From Ramazzottius varieornatus (Eukaryota; Animalia; Tardigrada), in NCBI GenBank assembly GCA_001949185.1, contig BDGG01000001.1:1045153-1109152 (forward strand): 64,000 bases of DNA. The letters run 5' to 3'. Each line of letters begins with the position of its first letter. Within the stretch, counting starts at the first letter, position 1. The notes beneath the pieces are model-generated. The model worked only from the letters and a program-made list of their open reading frames with translations, was not told the origin of the DNA and did no database searches. A program made the translations under genes and the position numbers. Positions 49,940 to 62,906 of the stretch are shown here, piece by piece.

Positions 49940-51143
49940 TAGATGTTCACTTTAGGGCGTGTACACGAACGAAAGGAAATTACTGCAGGGGCCGGTAAGG
50001 ACTATGAACTGCGCGGTTCCGGAACAGCGGTACGGAGTCAGCCAAACCTTTCTCAAGGCATCGCCGCAAAACGATTGTCATAATTCGGGAACACCGTGTG
50101 CTGTTGAAACAGCTGTGTAGAAGACGCGATCAAAGGCTGAGCTCGGGAATTTACAATTTTTCCGTTGGCACGAGACAGATTTAGCTAGTGCTGTAATTAC
50201 GTTGTTGCACTCGAAGTTTTGTGCTATTGCGCTGATGTTTCAGCGCAACAATAGCACCGGCTACAGCCAGAAACCTCCCACTTGATGCTCTACTGGTCTG
50301 CCGAAACAGAAACTCAGAAAGCGCAACCTTTTGTCCTGTCTCTTCGCGATATGGTTGTACCGGCATGCAACGTTGCGACATGGTGCTGGGTTTGCCAGTG
50401 TTTTGATGAATGCTTCATCAGGGAAACAGAAAGATTCTGGGTAAGTGTCTCTTCATGATAAGTTAGACCGGATGCACGCCCGTCAGGGAAGCTGAAGTAA
50501 TGGTCGCTTCAGACTTCAGACTAACCCGTAGTTGGAGAGCTACAAGTTTATTCAATGATCTCCCCCATTTGTGCTTCACCGTCAATTGAACTACAGACTG
50601 TACTGTAACTTACTGTAACTTACTGTACAGTTCATATGTTACGTTTTGATTTACTTACTTGTTTTGTTGCTGCAGGATGATGATATTTCTGCACGACGCA
50701 CCTCCGATATCATGCTCGCCGATTCAGAATCATTTAGTTCAGAATTTCTTAGCACCGGTCCCACCAAAGCCGAGTATTCTGTATTAAGCTCGGCGGTACG
50801 AGGTGGTACTGCCGTGTTCTCATCGGAGTGGTTGGGCGAATGCGAACTCTCATCGGTTTCCTGATCGTCGTATGCCCTTGCTAATAAAGGCGGTTGGAGG
50901 CTTGCGGTTTGAATGCTACGGGGTGAGTACGCCAACTTGCTACCACCTCTTAACAATTACGGCGCTCTCGTCTGAGTGTATGTTCATCCTCCTAACTATT
51001 TTTCCTTACTTTGGTGTCCCTTTTGCTACCTTTCAAAAATAGCTTGGCCTGCAAGAGTGTCTACAGGAAGCCCAGATTTGACCAGGGATCACGGAAGGTG
51101 CAGCCGAGGAACTGCTCCGGCCGGAAGTTGTCGCTGTTTCTCC

Positions 51144-51194
51144 CTCAGGGAGAAACTCGTTTTTCACTCAGGGAGAAACTCGTTTTTCACTCAG
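51144..51194. repeat. 23-bp tandem duplication (ctcagggagaaactcgtttttca)
   Basis: Directly visible. Confidence 0.85.
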
Positions 51195-53170
51195 TTGCAA
51201 TTTTGATCGAAAACTGCTGATTGCAAACCGTTTAGTAGTAGTCTAGCTACCGATAAAAATATCGTGGTTTGTTCTACCACTTGTTGATTCACCGATACGG
51301 CAACTTTTGCGAGATCCGACAGAAATAAAGGGAGGTTGCCCAAAAACAAGACTTCTCGAAATGATCTGGACCGTTCTCCGCAAAGTAAGAAGACGAACGC
51401 GTAGCCAAATTCATGAGCTTACTGAATCAAAAACTGTTTGGGGCAGACTGCGGAATGAGAGTGCCGGAGCACTTTTCAGGGACCAACGTTCGCCTGAATC
51501 GACAACGTTATCAAATTTTGAGGGAACTTCGAGATTTTTCAGTTTCCCGGAAAGATTTTGCATTTCCGACAGTGCTGAAAAATTAGCCCAAGGACTTAGC
51601 AAGATGAAAAACGGTTATAAGTACAAACTCCTGGTTTAAAACACACTTTGCAATTTTTTCCATGAGGAGGTGCAAAATGGTCAAATTCAACGATATTAAT
51701 TGATTTTCAAAGTTAGTTTGAACTTCTTGTGATCTATTCTAATTCTGAAACAGGGAGTTCCAGAGAACCTGTTTCATTCGTTGCGAGAAGTCTTCCTCAA
51801 CTTTTGCCACCCCTGGTCTCAACGCATGCAGATGAACTCTGACACTTTAAGAAGAGTTAGAAAAGTTGAACGAAATCTGGTGAAGAACCGGAACGAGAAC
51901 CAGCGCTTTGAATTTCTTCCGCTGAAGTTGCAGGTGGTAGCCAGTTGACGTACTCACCCTGTAAATCTCACGGCCAACCATTTCTGAGCGTCTTTCAGTA
52001 ACTCCCGTGACAGCGGGGTAGTTGTCGAGCCCTCTGCTGAAAAAGACTATCATTAAATGGAAATTAAGGATTAATGGGCGTTAATGTTCTCGGCGTACAG
52101 GCTTTGACCGTTGATCTTCCGAGATCGGATAATCGCGTGGTTCAATTTAGTCTTCTGGCGCCTTCGCCACGAGAAGCTACTTTCGATATTCCCCGCCTGC
52201 CTCATCTTCTTTTCTTTGTGTTTCTCCTGATCTCGGAAGGTCTTTTTTGTGTTTGCACACTAATGAATGCACTTACGTTTGATGGTCGATGTTTGCAAAA
52301 TTATCACGCATCATTTGCAGGTCCAAGTCAAGCCGAGAACATTAACACTCTGCGTACGTCCTCTTTGTGTATACAATCACAGTTTTATTCACCTCCCAGT
52401 TCTTGCTTTTGGTCTTTCGGGACTGGGTCTTTTTGTTTGCATGTACCTCAGTCTTCTCACCAAAGCAACACTAATGACCAGCGGTCAGCAAAACCCCAGC
52501 ACGCTGGAAATCTTTTCTACGGTTTCGGGTGGTTTTGGTGAAATTTGGTGTTTCGTCTCTTCGCGCGAGACACGTGCACGGTATTCCCTTAGAAAAAAAA
52601 CTGGAGCACTGGGGACAGTCTTATCTATCGAAGCCGAGCCTGGGATAAAGTTTGTAGTCATCAGTGCGGTCAGAAGAAAATCAAGACGACCAGTTCTCCC
52701 TTTTGAGATTTGGCGTTCATGGCCTGCCAATTATTCGGATTTTGAAATCTCGAAAATTGCCTATTGGCTGGACCAGCCTCCGCAACACGGTACCAGCGGA
52801 TGAAACTCCTGTATACACAAAGAGGACGGTAGTATTCTGCAAACATGAAAAAGATCGTGCTGAAAGTGTTGCTTAAAAGTGCCAATGAAGTGGGAGAAGA
52901 TTGGTCCGGTTCCGCGTAAAGCATCCCCCCGGTACGCGCCGTGCTGGCTGTTATGTGTCATGTCGTAGCGATCGGCTGATCGATACACACGTTGACCTAG
53001 ATATTTCACCCACCATTCGCGCGGTCTTCTTACACGCACCCGGATCCAAACCTGTCCCGCATCATTGGCAATTTAATGTAAGCATTGATAATGAAGGCTG
53101 CCTCCGAGGTTGAGTCTCAGATTCGTGTAGCTCTCCTCGCCCCTCTTGCGAACCTGATTTTCCTACTTAC

Positions 53171-54125
53171 CCTTCACAGTTGTGATCTCTCGCAGGACAC
53201 CCGAACACTGCGCTCGGGTAATGTTCTCCATAAGAACTTTGCAAAATACTTCATGGCCACTCAGATAAGCTATGCGGCAAGCATTCAACAGCTGTTTGAC
53301 GCTGTAGCTTGACGCCCGATTCTCCGACAGAAGTAGCCGACCCGCCTCTGTGTTGCCTGTTCTAGCCGCGTATGTTAGTGCAGTCCAGTCATCTTTATCT
53401 TGTTGGTTTAACAAACATCGTCCATCGTCCAACAACGCACGAATTACACCAATCCTTTTTCCTGCTGGGTCGTCTACCGCAGTCGCTACAGCCACCATCA
53501 GCGCCGTCTGTTGCTCATCCCCTGTTCGCCCGTTTACCAGAGTTTCTGGATGCTCCAGCAGTACTTTAACGCCGCTCAAGTACAGACTAAATGCCGCAAG
53601 GTAAAGAGGAGTGATCCCATTGGCCGTTGCGTTGACGTCAACGTCTAGGTCTTGCAGAGCCCGTTCAAGTAGATCTGCATCCTGCAGCAATACGGCCGCA
53701 TGTGTCAATCCCAGTTCGGATAAATCCATGGTAAGGTCAGGCCGCGCTTGTCCGAGCAACTTGACCTTGTTCGCAATTTTTTCAAAGTTCTTTTCAAGCA
53801 CCACTTGTAGCGCATCGACTGTGGGCTTGACTGCAGCTTCGACCACGAGCTGAGCTGTGGATCTGGTTTCGTGTCCTTCTTTATGTTCTGCTGCGTACTG
53901 GGGTAAAGAATTGTCGGAAAGCCCAATCACAGGTTCAGCGACCCGCTCGGTGGAAGGCTCGATGGCAGGCCCAACTACAGTTTCTGCTTCATCTGAGCTC
54001 CCGAACGGACCAGCGGGTGGAAACGAGATACTTGACTCTTCGGCATCTTGCTTGGCGTCATCGGAAGAGCCTGGAGTTGGCGAATCACCTTCTTGATGTT
54101 CAAGTTGAGAAGCCTGGGCTCCCAT
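53171..54125 (-). CDS. Ankyrin-repeat protein, first exon (downstream exons unresolved)
   Basis: GITPLYLAA...VKVLL, QTALMVAV and DWTALTYAARTGNTEAGRLLL repeats; MGAQAS N-terminus; donor ag-g|gtaagt at 53170. Confidence 0.75.
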
Positions 54126-55160
54126 TTTTCGGAGATAGCACAGTCACCGAACCCCGAACGAACTGAAAAGCTGGAAAAATCCTTTCGCGAAAAATTAACG
54201 AAAAAAGAATTAACTTAAATTAGCGAACAGAAAAATCAACTTGAAGCAACGGAGAACACTTGAAGCAAGTTAGTAACCGTTGTTTTGGAGTGCAAAAACA
54301 CAAAGAACACCATATGCTCGATGGACTGTGCTAAGCTAACACTTTAAGCAGCAAGCGGATGTGATTGCCTGGTGTCAACTGTTTCTTTTGTAGAAGTGCA
54401 GAACCAGATACTGGTGCAACCTTATCGCTGCAGCACCTGAGTGATAACCATGATGAACGGTACAAATATCAACAGCAGGGGTGTGTTAGCGGCACAGCAC
54501 CGAGATAGCAAGACACAGGACGATTTTGGCAGCGTCATTCAGAAACTCAGCTCTTCGCGATTTGGCAAATTGTTAAGGAGACGCCTTTTTGGTTTTAGCG
54601 CTTAAGGCGAAAGCTATACAATCGGTTTTCCAGCGGACGCCTTCTTCGATATTAGTATGAGCGAATGCGAGATTACATCACACAGCTTGTGCGACTATCG
54701 TTGTCGTCAAAATCGATTGCTAATTTGTAATAATTTTGGAGAACCCAGATATCGAGGAACCGGGGGACGCAAGGTTTATATTGAGTTAACCCACCTCAAT
54801 TACCAGAGAAATTCTCAATCACTAATGCTACTTCTGATACATGGAAGGTATGGATAGCGAGACGGAGAAAGCTGAGGTGCGAAAAAAGAAGGAAGCAACG
54901 TACGTGAGAATCGGAATAAGAATACTGTCCTATTGTCTGCTGGTCATTAGTGACAAGGAAAAGCTGTAAAATGGGTTTACCGCTATGGCGACCTTGGCAA
55001 AGACGCAAAGAAACCGGGCACTGACCACTGGACCGGCATTTCCTTTGTCAATTCGTACTGAGAAATGCGGAAGTTGGTGCTAGACCCAACTTCTGATTCA
55101 GAGTTAATCTGGAAAAACATGATACAAAACAAATTCCAAGTGTAGATTACTGTGTACTCT

Positions 55161-55253
55161 CCCGAAATTCACTTACGTCACTCCATTCAGAGTGTAAAAC
55201 TAGACGGTAAGACCCCAATGATTCGAGAGTCAGTGACGTACGTGAATTTCGGG
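55161..55253. repeat. 22-bp inverted repeat pair upstream of the pogo remnant
   Basis: cccgaaattcacttacgtcact ... agtgacgtacgtgaatttcggg. Confidence 0.7.
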
Positions 55254-55510
55254 AAGTTCTTGTTTCTTAGTCGTGGCTACGATGACGTCTTTCGTTCACT
55301 TGGAATCTCCAGAATGCGTTGTGAAAAACACATTTTCAATTCTGAATCCCGTCAGAGGTACGTCACGGAGTCACCGAGTAAGAAACGGTTAAACATTAAT
55401 GTTCCGTCTAGTGAACGTGGTCTGATGCAATACCGCGAGGCTAATTTTCACAAAAGAATTTCTGTCAAGTTTCTCTAGTACACTACTCTTTGGGAATCCC
55501 TATCTTCAAG

Positions 55511-56593
55511 ATGGCCAACCACCCCAAACTAAAGACCCCATCGCAGGTGCACAAGGAGCTCTCGATGGAGGCACCTATCCACAAAGCGGTGAATGGATAG
55601 AGCCTGTAACAGTGCGTCAAAGAAGTACGAAGTTAGTCGCACAACTTTGACAAACCGGATCCAGTCTCCAAATCCGCAACGTGTCGACCAAATTTCCATC
55701 GTGGGAAGAAGATCGTCTGGCTGACTTCTTGATAGCGTGTAGTGGTCAGGGAGTTCCTCTAAACCGTCACCATTGTTTGCAGCTGTTCTGCGAAGTAGCA
55801 ACCGGACTAGGACTAGTGCGTATGCGCAGACATATTTTAAACTTGGATTAAACTTTGATTTCAGGCTTGAAGAATACTTCCTTCAACGAAAACTAGTTCC
55901 GGCGCTTCTCATCTCGTCACTCTGAGCTGTCTGTCCTTATTACTCACTCTTCAAACGGAAAGAAGGATAGGTAATGGACAACGGAACTATGCGAAGAGTA
56001 CGTTTTCAAACTACAAGAGCTACGTGAAAGAGGATTCCTCGATAGGCCAGAGCAAGTTTGGAACTTCGACGAGACGGCCTTCAATACTTCTGAAATGTAC
56101 GATCGTGTTGTAGCAAGGACAGGGGCCAAACAGATACCGTCGCAGTTCTATGGGAACGAAAAGGAGAACGTCACCATCCTTCCCTGTGGAAATGCTGCTG
56201 GATTGCAGCTGAAGTTTATGGCACTCCACGCTGGAAAAGTCCATGTGCAATCTCGTCTCGACGACACGTACGGTCTCTGCTATCACGCCGTTAACGCGTC
56301 TGGATACATGGATCAGGCGCACTTCGCAAACTGCTTTCGATGTCGACGGGCGCTCTGACCACTCATCCCAGCTTCGTGGAAGAGCTGGAAAAGGAAGAGG
56401 CCGAGAAGAAAGCCACGAAGGCCACGCTGGCAGCTAAACGCAAAGCTCCGGCGTTGCAGCCCGTCCCACAGAAAAAGAAAGCCCCGACCAAAAAGGAGCG
56501 AAAAGCTCGATGTGTCAGTTCGTCGCGGATTCCGCATATTTTTAGCCTCATTGTCTGTTCTGCTGAGAACATCGAAACGTGGATGCCTTCTTA
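55511..56593 (+). pseudogene. Decayed pogo/Tigger-like (HTH-psq, CENP-B HTH, DDE_1) transposase with stops, frameshifts and an internal deletion
   Basis: ASKKYEVSRTTLTNRI (psq-like HTH), QVWNFDETAF, ENVTILPCGNAAG, SGYMDQAHFANCF, then an abrupt jump to a K/E-rich tail. Confidence 0.8.
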
Positions 56594-57216
56594 GCATTCA
56601 GTACCTGGTTTCTGCGTGACTATTTTAGATTCAATGTTATAGTTTGGCGTCGGGAAAAGTGAGAAGAGCGGAAGTTCGTTTCGCAAACTTGCGGTAGATA
56701 GCGTTACCGCAGTACAGATGTGCAGTACGATTTCAGTCACGGTATATGCCTACTGTAAACTGGCATGTACTGCCACCCTATACCGCAACGCTGCTCGAAT
56801 TATGGTGCGAAATTCGGTATGCCCGAATTATGTCGTTTACCTCGTCGTGGTCTTAATTTCGCACAGACAGTCTTAATATTTAAGAAACGACAGACAAGTA
56901 TGGTGGTGATCTGCAGCAGCAGCTTAATCCCGTGCGGTATGGGACACTGGATAAATGTTGGGTTCGCGGCCGAGTTGGATATGAATCCGTGAACGGAACC
57001 TGTACTTCTTCTTTCGGGTACCGACTGGCTCCCCGAACTGATGGGCAATACTGAATGCGTATATCGAATAGTGTATTGTGAGACTGCTGCCCTGGTAACC
57101 TATATCAGCGAACCTTGAGCCTGCAGGACTGCCCGACCTTGTACCTGTACAGATCATGCCACGCACTCTCCATCAGTTTTAAAAGATTTTCATAAATTCA
57201 GATCTTCAAAGGAAAA

Positions 57217-57713
57217 ATGGGGCGTGGTCGTTTGTCCAATGCTAACAAGGAAATTGGTGCTACTACCGCCACCGTTATCCATGGCTTGCGATCGCGGGCA
57301 AAAGCCGGTGCTGTCACCACCAAGAAGCTACCTGCATCTGTTGCAGAAGATGGGACCGTCACCGAGAGCATTCAGATTACCAAAAACGAATTGGCCAAGG
57401 TTGAAAAGTTCCTGATTGTCAAAGCTACGCAAAGCGAAGCCGGCACGAGTAAGCGAGTGCTAGACGCCATCAAATTATCGAAGGAAGACCCAAGCAGGAA
57501 AATCCGGAAGAAAAGACCGGCACGGAGACTGAGGTTACTTAGAATCATTTTACTTTTGAGTCGTTTTTAGGAGTTGGTCTCAAGTCGATGCAGCATTTTT
57601 CTTGCAGAAGGGTGAAATCAAGACGGTTGAAGCAGGCTGCTCTGCAAGCACCCAAAGGACTCCAGGACGAGCTGTCTACATATTTCAAACCCGCCAATGC
57701 GAAACGACGTTGA
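57217..57713 (+). CDS. Small basic protein (~140 aa, exons 57217-57533 and 57608-57713) ending in a PIP-box-like motif
   Basis: A 74-nt GT-AG intron (weak donor gttact, strong acceptor tttttcttgcag) gives the C-terminus ...APKGLQDELSTYFKPANAKRR*. AATAAA near 57905. Confidence 0.55.
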
Positions 57714-58032
57714 CTTGCACTTTCCCAGCTTTTTATGTGAACAGACCGAGCTCGCTATGTCCTGGTGTCTTATTGTCTGTTTTACGCCAAGAAGCAAACG
57801 AGATCTCCCGACAATGAAACATCCCACAGTATGTACTGTACGGAGATTTCGCGAAACCAAAAGCTATTTCTTTCGGCGGAACAAATTTGACAAATTTCCA
57901 GCTAAATAAATCTATAAAAAAACCACGTCTTTGGGCCATCGGAGAAATTTACACTTTATACAGAGACAAGGAAAATGCACAGTGTACAGTACACCGAAAG
58001 ATAATCTTTGACAGTAAAACGGGAAAAAAAAT

Positions 58033-61000
58033 CTAAGCCGCTTCGCCTTCCTCCCTTTGCTTCTTTGGTGCGTAGCAAAGCTTCTTCTCGTCTAGCACGA
58101 TTTTCTTGGGTAGGGTGTCTTCCTCCATCGCTTTCATGAAGTCGGTCAGCTGCTGGGCATTCATATCAATGCCCCAGGATCCAGCGGCACGACGCGAAGT
58201 CCTTGGACGGGTCCGCTTTAGGGCTGGCGGACCAGACTTTTCCTCCCGCTTCAGGACCTTGAGCTCGACGAGGATACCAGCGACATCTTGGGCGCACATG
58301 CCCGTTTCCGCCGCCATATCTGAAAACACACCAAAATCGAGATACAAACTCAACTAGGCTATTATCACGAGTGGCGCACGTTTCCGGTGTTTTTGGCTGA
58401 AAGCATGCGTCACTTTGGTATTCCGATTCGCTCAGAAGGAAAAGGCTACACCTCAACCTAGCTTCAAAACGCGGTCTAATGCCACGCTCCATCCTCTTGA
58501 AAGACCATATCCAAAACACGTTTCGACAGCGCATGATTCTCAGGTTGAGCCTTTGCCATTTTCATCCATTGACTGGTTGGACTTGCCATTCAAAGTCGTC
58601 TTGAGCGCGTTGTCTTTCTTCCTCCACGCAAGAGCTTCCAGCAATTTTCTCTTCCATACCGACTTGTAGGTTCGCTCACCGTCGTCGCTCAAGGGTTTCT
58701 CCGGAGTTCCTGGCTGAATGTTTACTCGTGAAATGAGGTAACCTAAATACAAACAAAACCAGTCATCAGATCTACAACTTTTCGACCGGAAATGAGTGCG
58801 AAACTTCCTTGAAACAGTGTTCTTAACTTACTGAATTCGACCAGAAGTTTCCCATATCCAACACCTTGATACGGTGGAAGAACCACGATGCAGCTCAGGT
58901 TAAAACAGTCAGGGACTTTGGCTTTATCCTGCAACAATGAATATAAAAACTAATCGAGTAGTTAGTAGTAGTATCGAGTAGCAGAATAAATACAGAAGAA
59001 ATCGAACGGAAACTCCAGACAAATCTACCTTTGAGAAGTAGCCCATGACATGGTCGCCGTACGTGTTCCGGTAGCACAAGACATAGAAGCAAAAGTGTTC
59101 GACATCGTAGAGGAGGTTCTTGCTGTGAATGAAGAGCTTGCCCAGCAGAGCTAGCCGTTGGCAGTACAGGGCCCAGTCTCTTCCATCCACCTCGTAGATC
59201 ACAATCTCCTCCTGGACGGTGGTAGGTTTGCCTTCGGACAGGACGAAAGGGTTATAGCGTTTGACGGTATCCCGGTACAGGATCGAGCCGGGAGGACTGT
59301 GCCAAGCACACGATTCCTGAAAGACAGCGTAATTCAGAAATCGTGCCAAATCTCGCCTTTATTCCATCAGCTGGTTTAATTTCGGAGCCAATTATTTACA
59401 GAATTTTTTTCGAGGTACTTTTCATCGTTTTCCAGCGTCGAAAGTGTTTCGGAAATTTTGTCGGGAATTCACAATGAGAAAACTTACGTAATGTTCAGAA
59501 AGGAATCGCGAGGAGTCAAACTGGCGAAGACAAAACTCGCACATGTAGATACAGTCACCCCTGAAGATCAGAAGAAAACGTCAGCGCTGTTAGAATAGCG
59601 AATGAACAAAACAGGACCGAAATTGGGAGCTCGGAAACAAATTCGACAAGCAAGTTTTCCCCAGTGGCGCACGTTAACAGTGTTGCTGAGCGGAAGTATG
59701 CGCCACTTAGAAACCATCCTATCGAGTTGGTCCAAGTGGCGCAAGTTGTCGATGTTATTGCCTGGCAACGTGCGCCACTTAGAAAAATAACTTGACTATA
59801 TTCGTCTGCCGAGCTCCCCTTTCTGAAAACTACCGTATCGCATCTGCACGTGACGAGAAGGAGCAGTGCAGCGTGCGGTACTTCTTGTCGCCAAGCTGGA
59901 GAAGCTTCGGTGGTTTCGCCACAACGGTCTTCCTTCGGTATTTCTTCACACTGCTACTTCTTCCGGACTTCGTAACTGATCCATCGGTACCCGAACAAGG
60001 TTCGAGTACAACTGGAGGAATTAAAGCAGAAATCAATGCGCGACGGCGGACTTCTTCAAAGAGATCCACGTCTTCTTTGCTCGGTTCCAAACTAACGCCG
60101 AAAATGCTCTCCGCACTGTCTCCGTCTTTCTAAACCCGCAAGAAGCATCTGACTGACGTGTTTGTCGCTTCTACAGCGTGTGATCTCCAAAACAGAATTT
60201 CAGGGAAAATAGAGCTTCGAAATCATACTTGACCAGATCGCTTTTCACAAGTGGCGCACGTCTTCAGGGATACTGGCCTGAAGCGTTCGTCACTTCGGAA
60301 AGCGCACCGGTCGAGTTCGTCCGTCAAGCGCACAAATCGTTTTTCTTTGTTTGAATAAAGTCGAATACCTTCTCCAACTCCTGCGGGACTTCCGAGGGTC
60401 TCACGGCTAACTTGCGAGTTGTCAAGCGACGCGCAGGCACCGGACGGACATTTTCCGACGGACTGACCGGAAGAGACTTCGTCGTTCTGGGCTTACGCGG
60501 CGGTGGTCTCATCTTTTCGATGAGTTCGATCCGTTCGGCAGCTTCCGTTCCCTCTGAGACCGTTTCTACGAGTGGGCGAATGTCAGACAACTCCCCCGAT
60601 GAACGACAAAAATCCTACCTTTGGGAGACGCTGAGCGATTCCGGCTAGCGACTCGTTGAAGCGGAACCTTTGGCTTCTTCTGTTTTGGTGGAGCTGTGAA
60701 GCTTGGCTTCAAGGTCGGACGACGCTTCTCGTTCGCAGGCGTAAAGAAATTCGAGAGAAAGTCTGTAAGACCCTTCACAGGAGGAGGAACATTCCCTTCC
60801 GCATAACTGAAACCAAAGAGACGAAATGTCAAGTCAGACACGAGCTCAGGATTAAGAATCCAGATTTTCAGATCGACGGAAACACTCACTTCGTCGGCTT
60901 CTTCGCTTCTCCTCTCCTCTCTGAACCCTGCGAAGTATTCTGGACTGGTAGAACTTGAGGTGATTCCGCTGACTCTCTAACGGCTTCTTCCGCCAAGCTA

Positions 61001-61721
61001 CGATCAAACACGAACAACTTGAGACTCGAACCTTTCAAAGGAACTCAGTTGTCATTCATAAACATTTACCTTGTCGCAGGTTCCTTTGGTCGGCCTCGCT
61101 TCTTCGACCCTTTCGGAACAGCTGCTCTCTTCACATATCTGCAAAATATTTCGAAGCATTTTCCGCATTACAGTCATTCCGCAATTTGCCAACGCATACT
61201 GGAATTTCGAATTTCGAGGAACATTTAGAGAACGTGCCGTGTCGTTGATCCTTTCTTTGCTCGGCCTCCTTTGTTCCTCGCTCCGTTTTCGGCGTCCAAA
61301 ACCGGTGACCTAGCAGCTTCCGGTTCAACAGGGAGAAGTCCAGCAGCTCCAAGAGGATCCAGTGCGGATAGAACGGAAGCAGGCTGGTCGTCGTTCGAAA
61401 CGATTGAGACGAAGGCGTTCGATTCAATATCAGTTACCGCGGTTACTTTCATGACGTCCTCGCATCCGTCTACCTTCTCCGCCACCTGCGTTAACAAGTC
61501 CTCCATATATACCTCAACGGCCTCGCGGTGGCCGTCCATGGCCATTAGCTTCTCGGAACAATCTGGAACGTCTGCGAGAATGTTCACTACAATTTTCCGA
61601 AAATACAGTAATCAGCATAAAATCGACAGGTGGTTGGTACACTACAGTGCGTAACGGAAGGTCAGGGTTGATTGATACCTTCCGTCTGCTCCTCTGCGAC
61701 CAAAGATTCTGTTTGTCCCAT
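58033..61721 (-). CDS. MYST-family histone acetyltransferase (KAT6/KAT7-like), multi-exon
   Basis: C2HC finger YMCEFCL...HY|ESC; PPGSILYRD, IYEVDG...[69 protein letters not shown]. Exons include 61721-61679, 60129-59834, 59560-59488, 59316-59029, 58928-58832, 58742-58587 and 58319-58033. The N-terminal exons are less certain. Confidence 0.9.
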
Positions 61722-62906
61722 CGGTAAATCCAAAAGTTTCAACCACGCAACCTTCCCATTCCTTTAAAATGGCCTTCCATAAACACAGATCTCATTGAAC
61801 TCGTTCAACAAACGGGAAAGTCTGGAAGAACATCTTGGAGTAAGAGGAATAAGAAACCGGCGGAAACGATGCAACAAAATAATGGCGATCAGTCAGCGAA
61901 TGTAAACAATGTGACGCCACACCACCCCGCCTCTTTTCACTTCCGACGTATCAGAATTCTCAGATCGGTGCCTGGCTCAGCAGACCGAGCCGCGCACCAG
62001 CGATGGACGGGTAACAGTACAAAACCGCGTAGCAGTGCGGAACCATACGGCAGCAGTGTGGCACGGCAGTACGGTTGCGCAACCGCAAGGAAGATTGGGA
62101 GAAAAATTCCGTGCAGTACGCACCGTATAATTCTGGAACAGTGTCGCATCGCCTAGTAGCGCAGGCGCCCTAGCTGCCAGCATGAAGTTTGTGACTGATT
62201 GCCTGTTCGGTCGGGTGTTTCTCTCTTAGAATTCACCGAATAAGCTGAGGTCGGTCATGTAACATGTGTTTTCGTGTGCTATAAGCCAGAGACGGAATTC
62301 CCTTTTGATTTTAGCATCCTAGGCTTCAACCACTCCTTCAGAAACGCTGTTTTAATGACTGTGGTGAAATTTTCACCGATATTTTTCGGCGATGTACCAT
62401 CTTTCTCGATCGAAAAAGCTTGATGGTTTGCTGTTTCCTAAGATATCTCAATTCAGAGGAAAAAATGCCGTTAAAACAAAATTTTCGTTGGGTATGCCGT
62501 CCGCACAGCATATGGAACAGCGTTTGCAGCATGGTACCGCAAGAAAAAATTTCGGAAATAACCGCGTGCCGAACGTGCAGCAAGTTTCTGCGAGCCCGAA
62601 GTATGGTTCGGGCTCGCTGATAAACACGACTCTCGAACTTCAGGAGAGGAGAAACTAAAGATTTTCGTTGAACACAGGAAGATAAAAATGAAAAATAGAT
62701 TCTGAGAGATGCTAAATGGGGTGAACAGAAGGCACTATCCGAAAACCGAGGACAAAACCGCCCAAGTCAATGAAGCGAGACTGAACCAGCTGAGCACACT
62801 TGTCCAAGAAAAATTTGCAACACGAAAAGCTCTAGACAGTCAAAAGAAGAGGCAAGAGAAAACTATCTGACTTCAGAAAGAAGACTGCAATTTCTTTCCG
62901 GGAACT

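Noticed and set aside
47900-51000. Exon-like - strand fragments (e.g. 50657-50956)
   Set aside because: Multiple stops, no identifiable domain and no consistent splice path.
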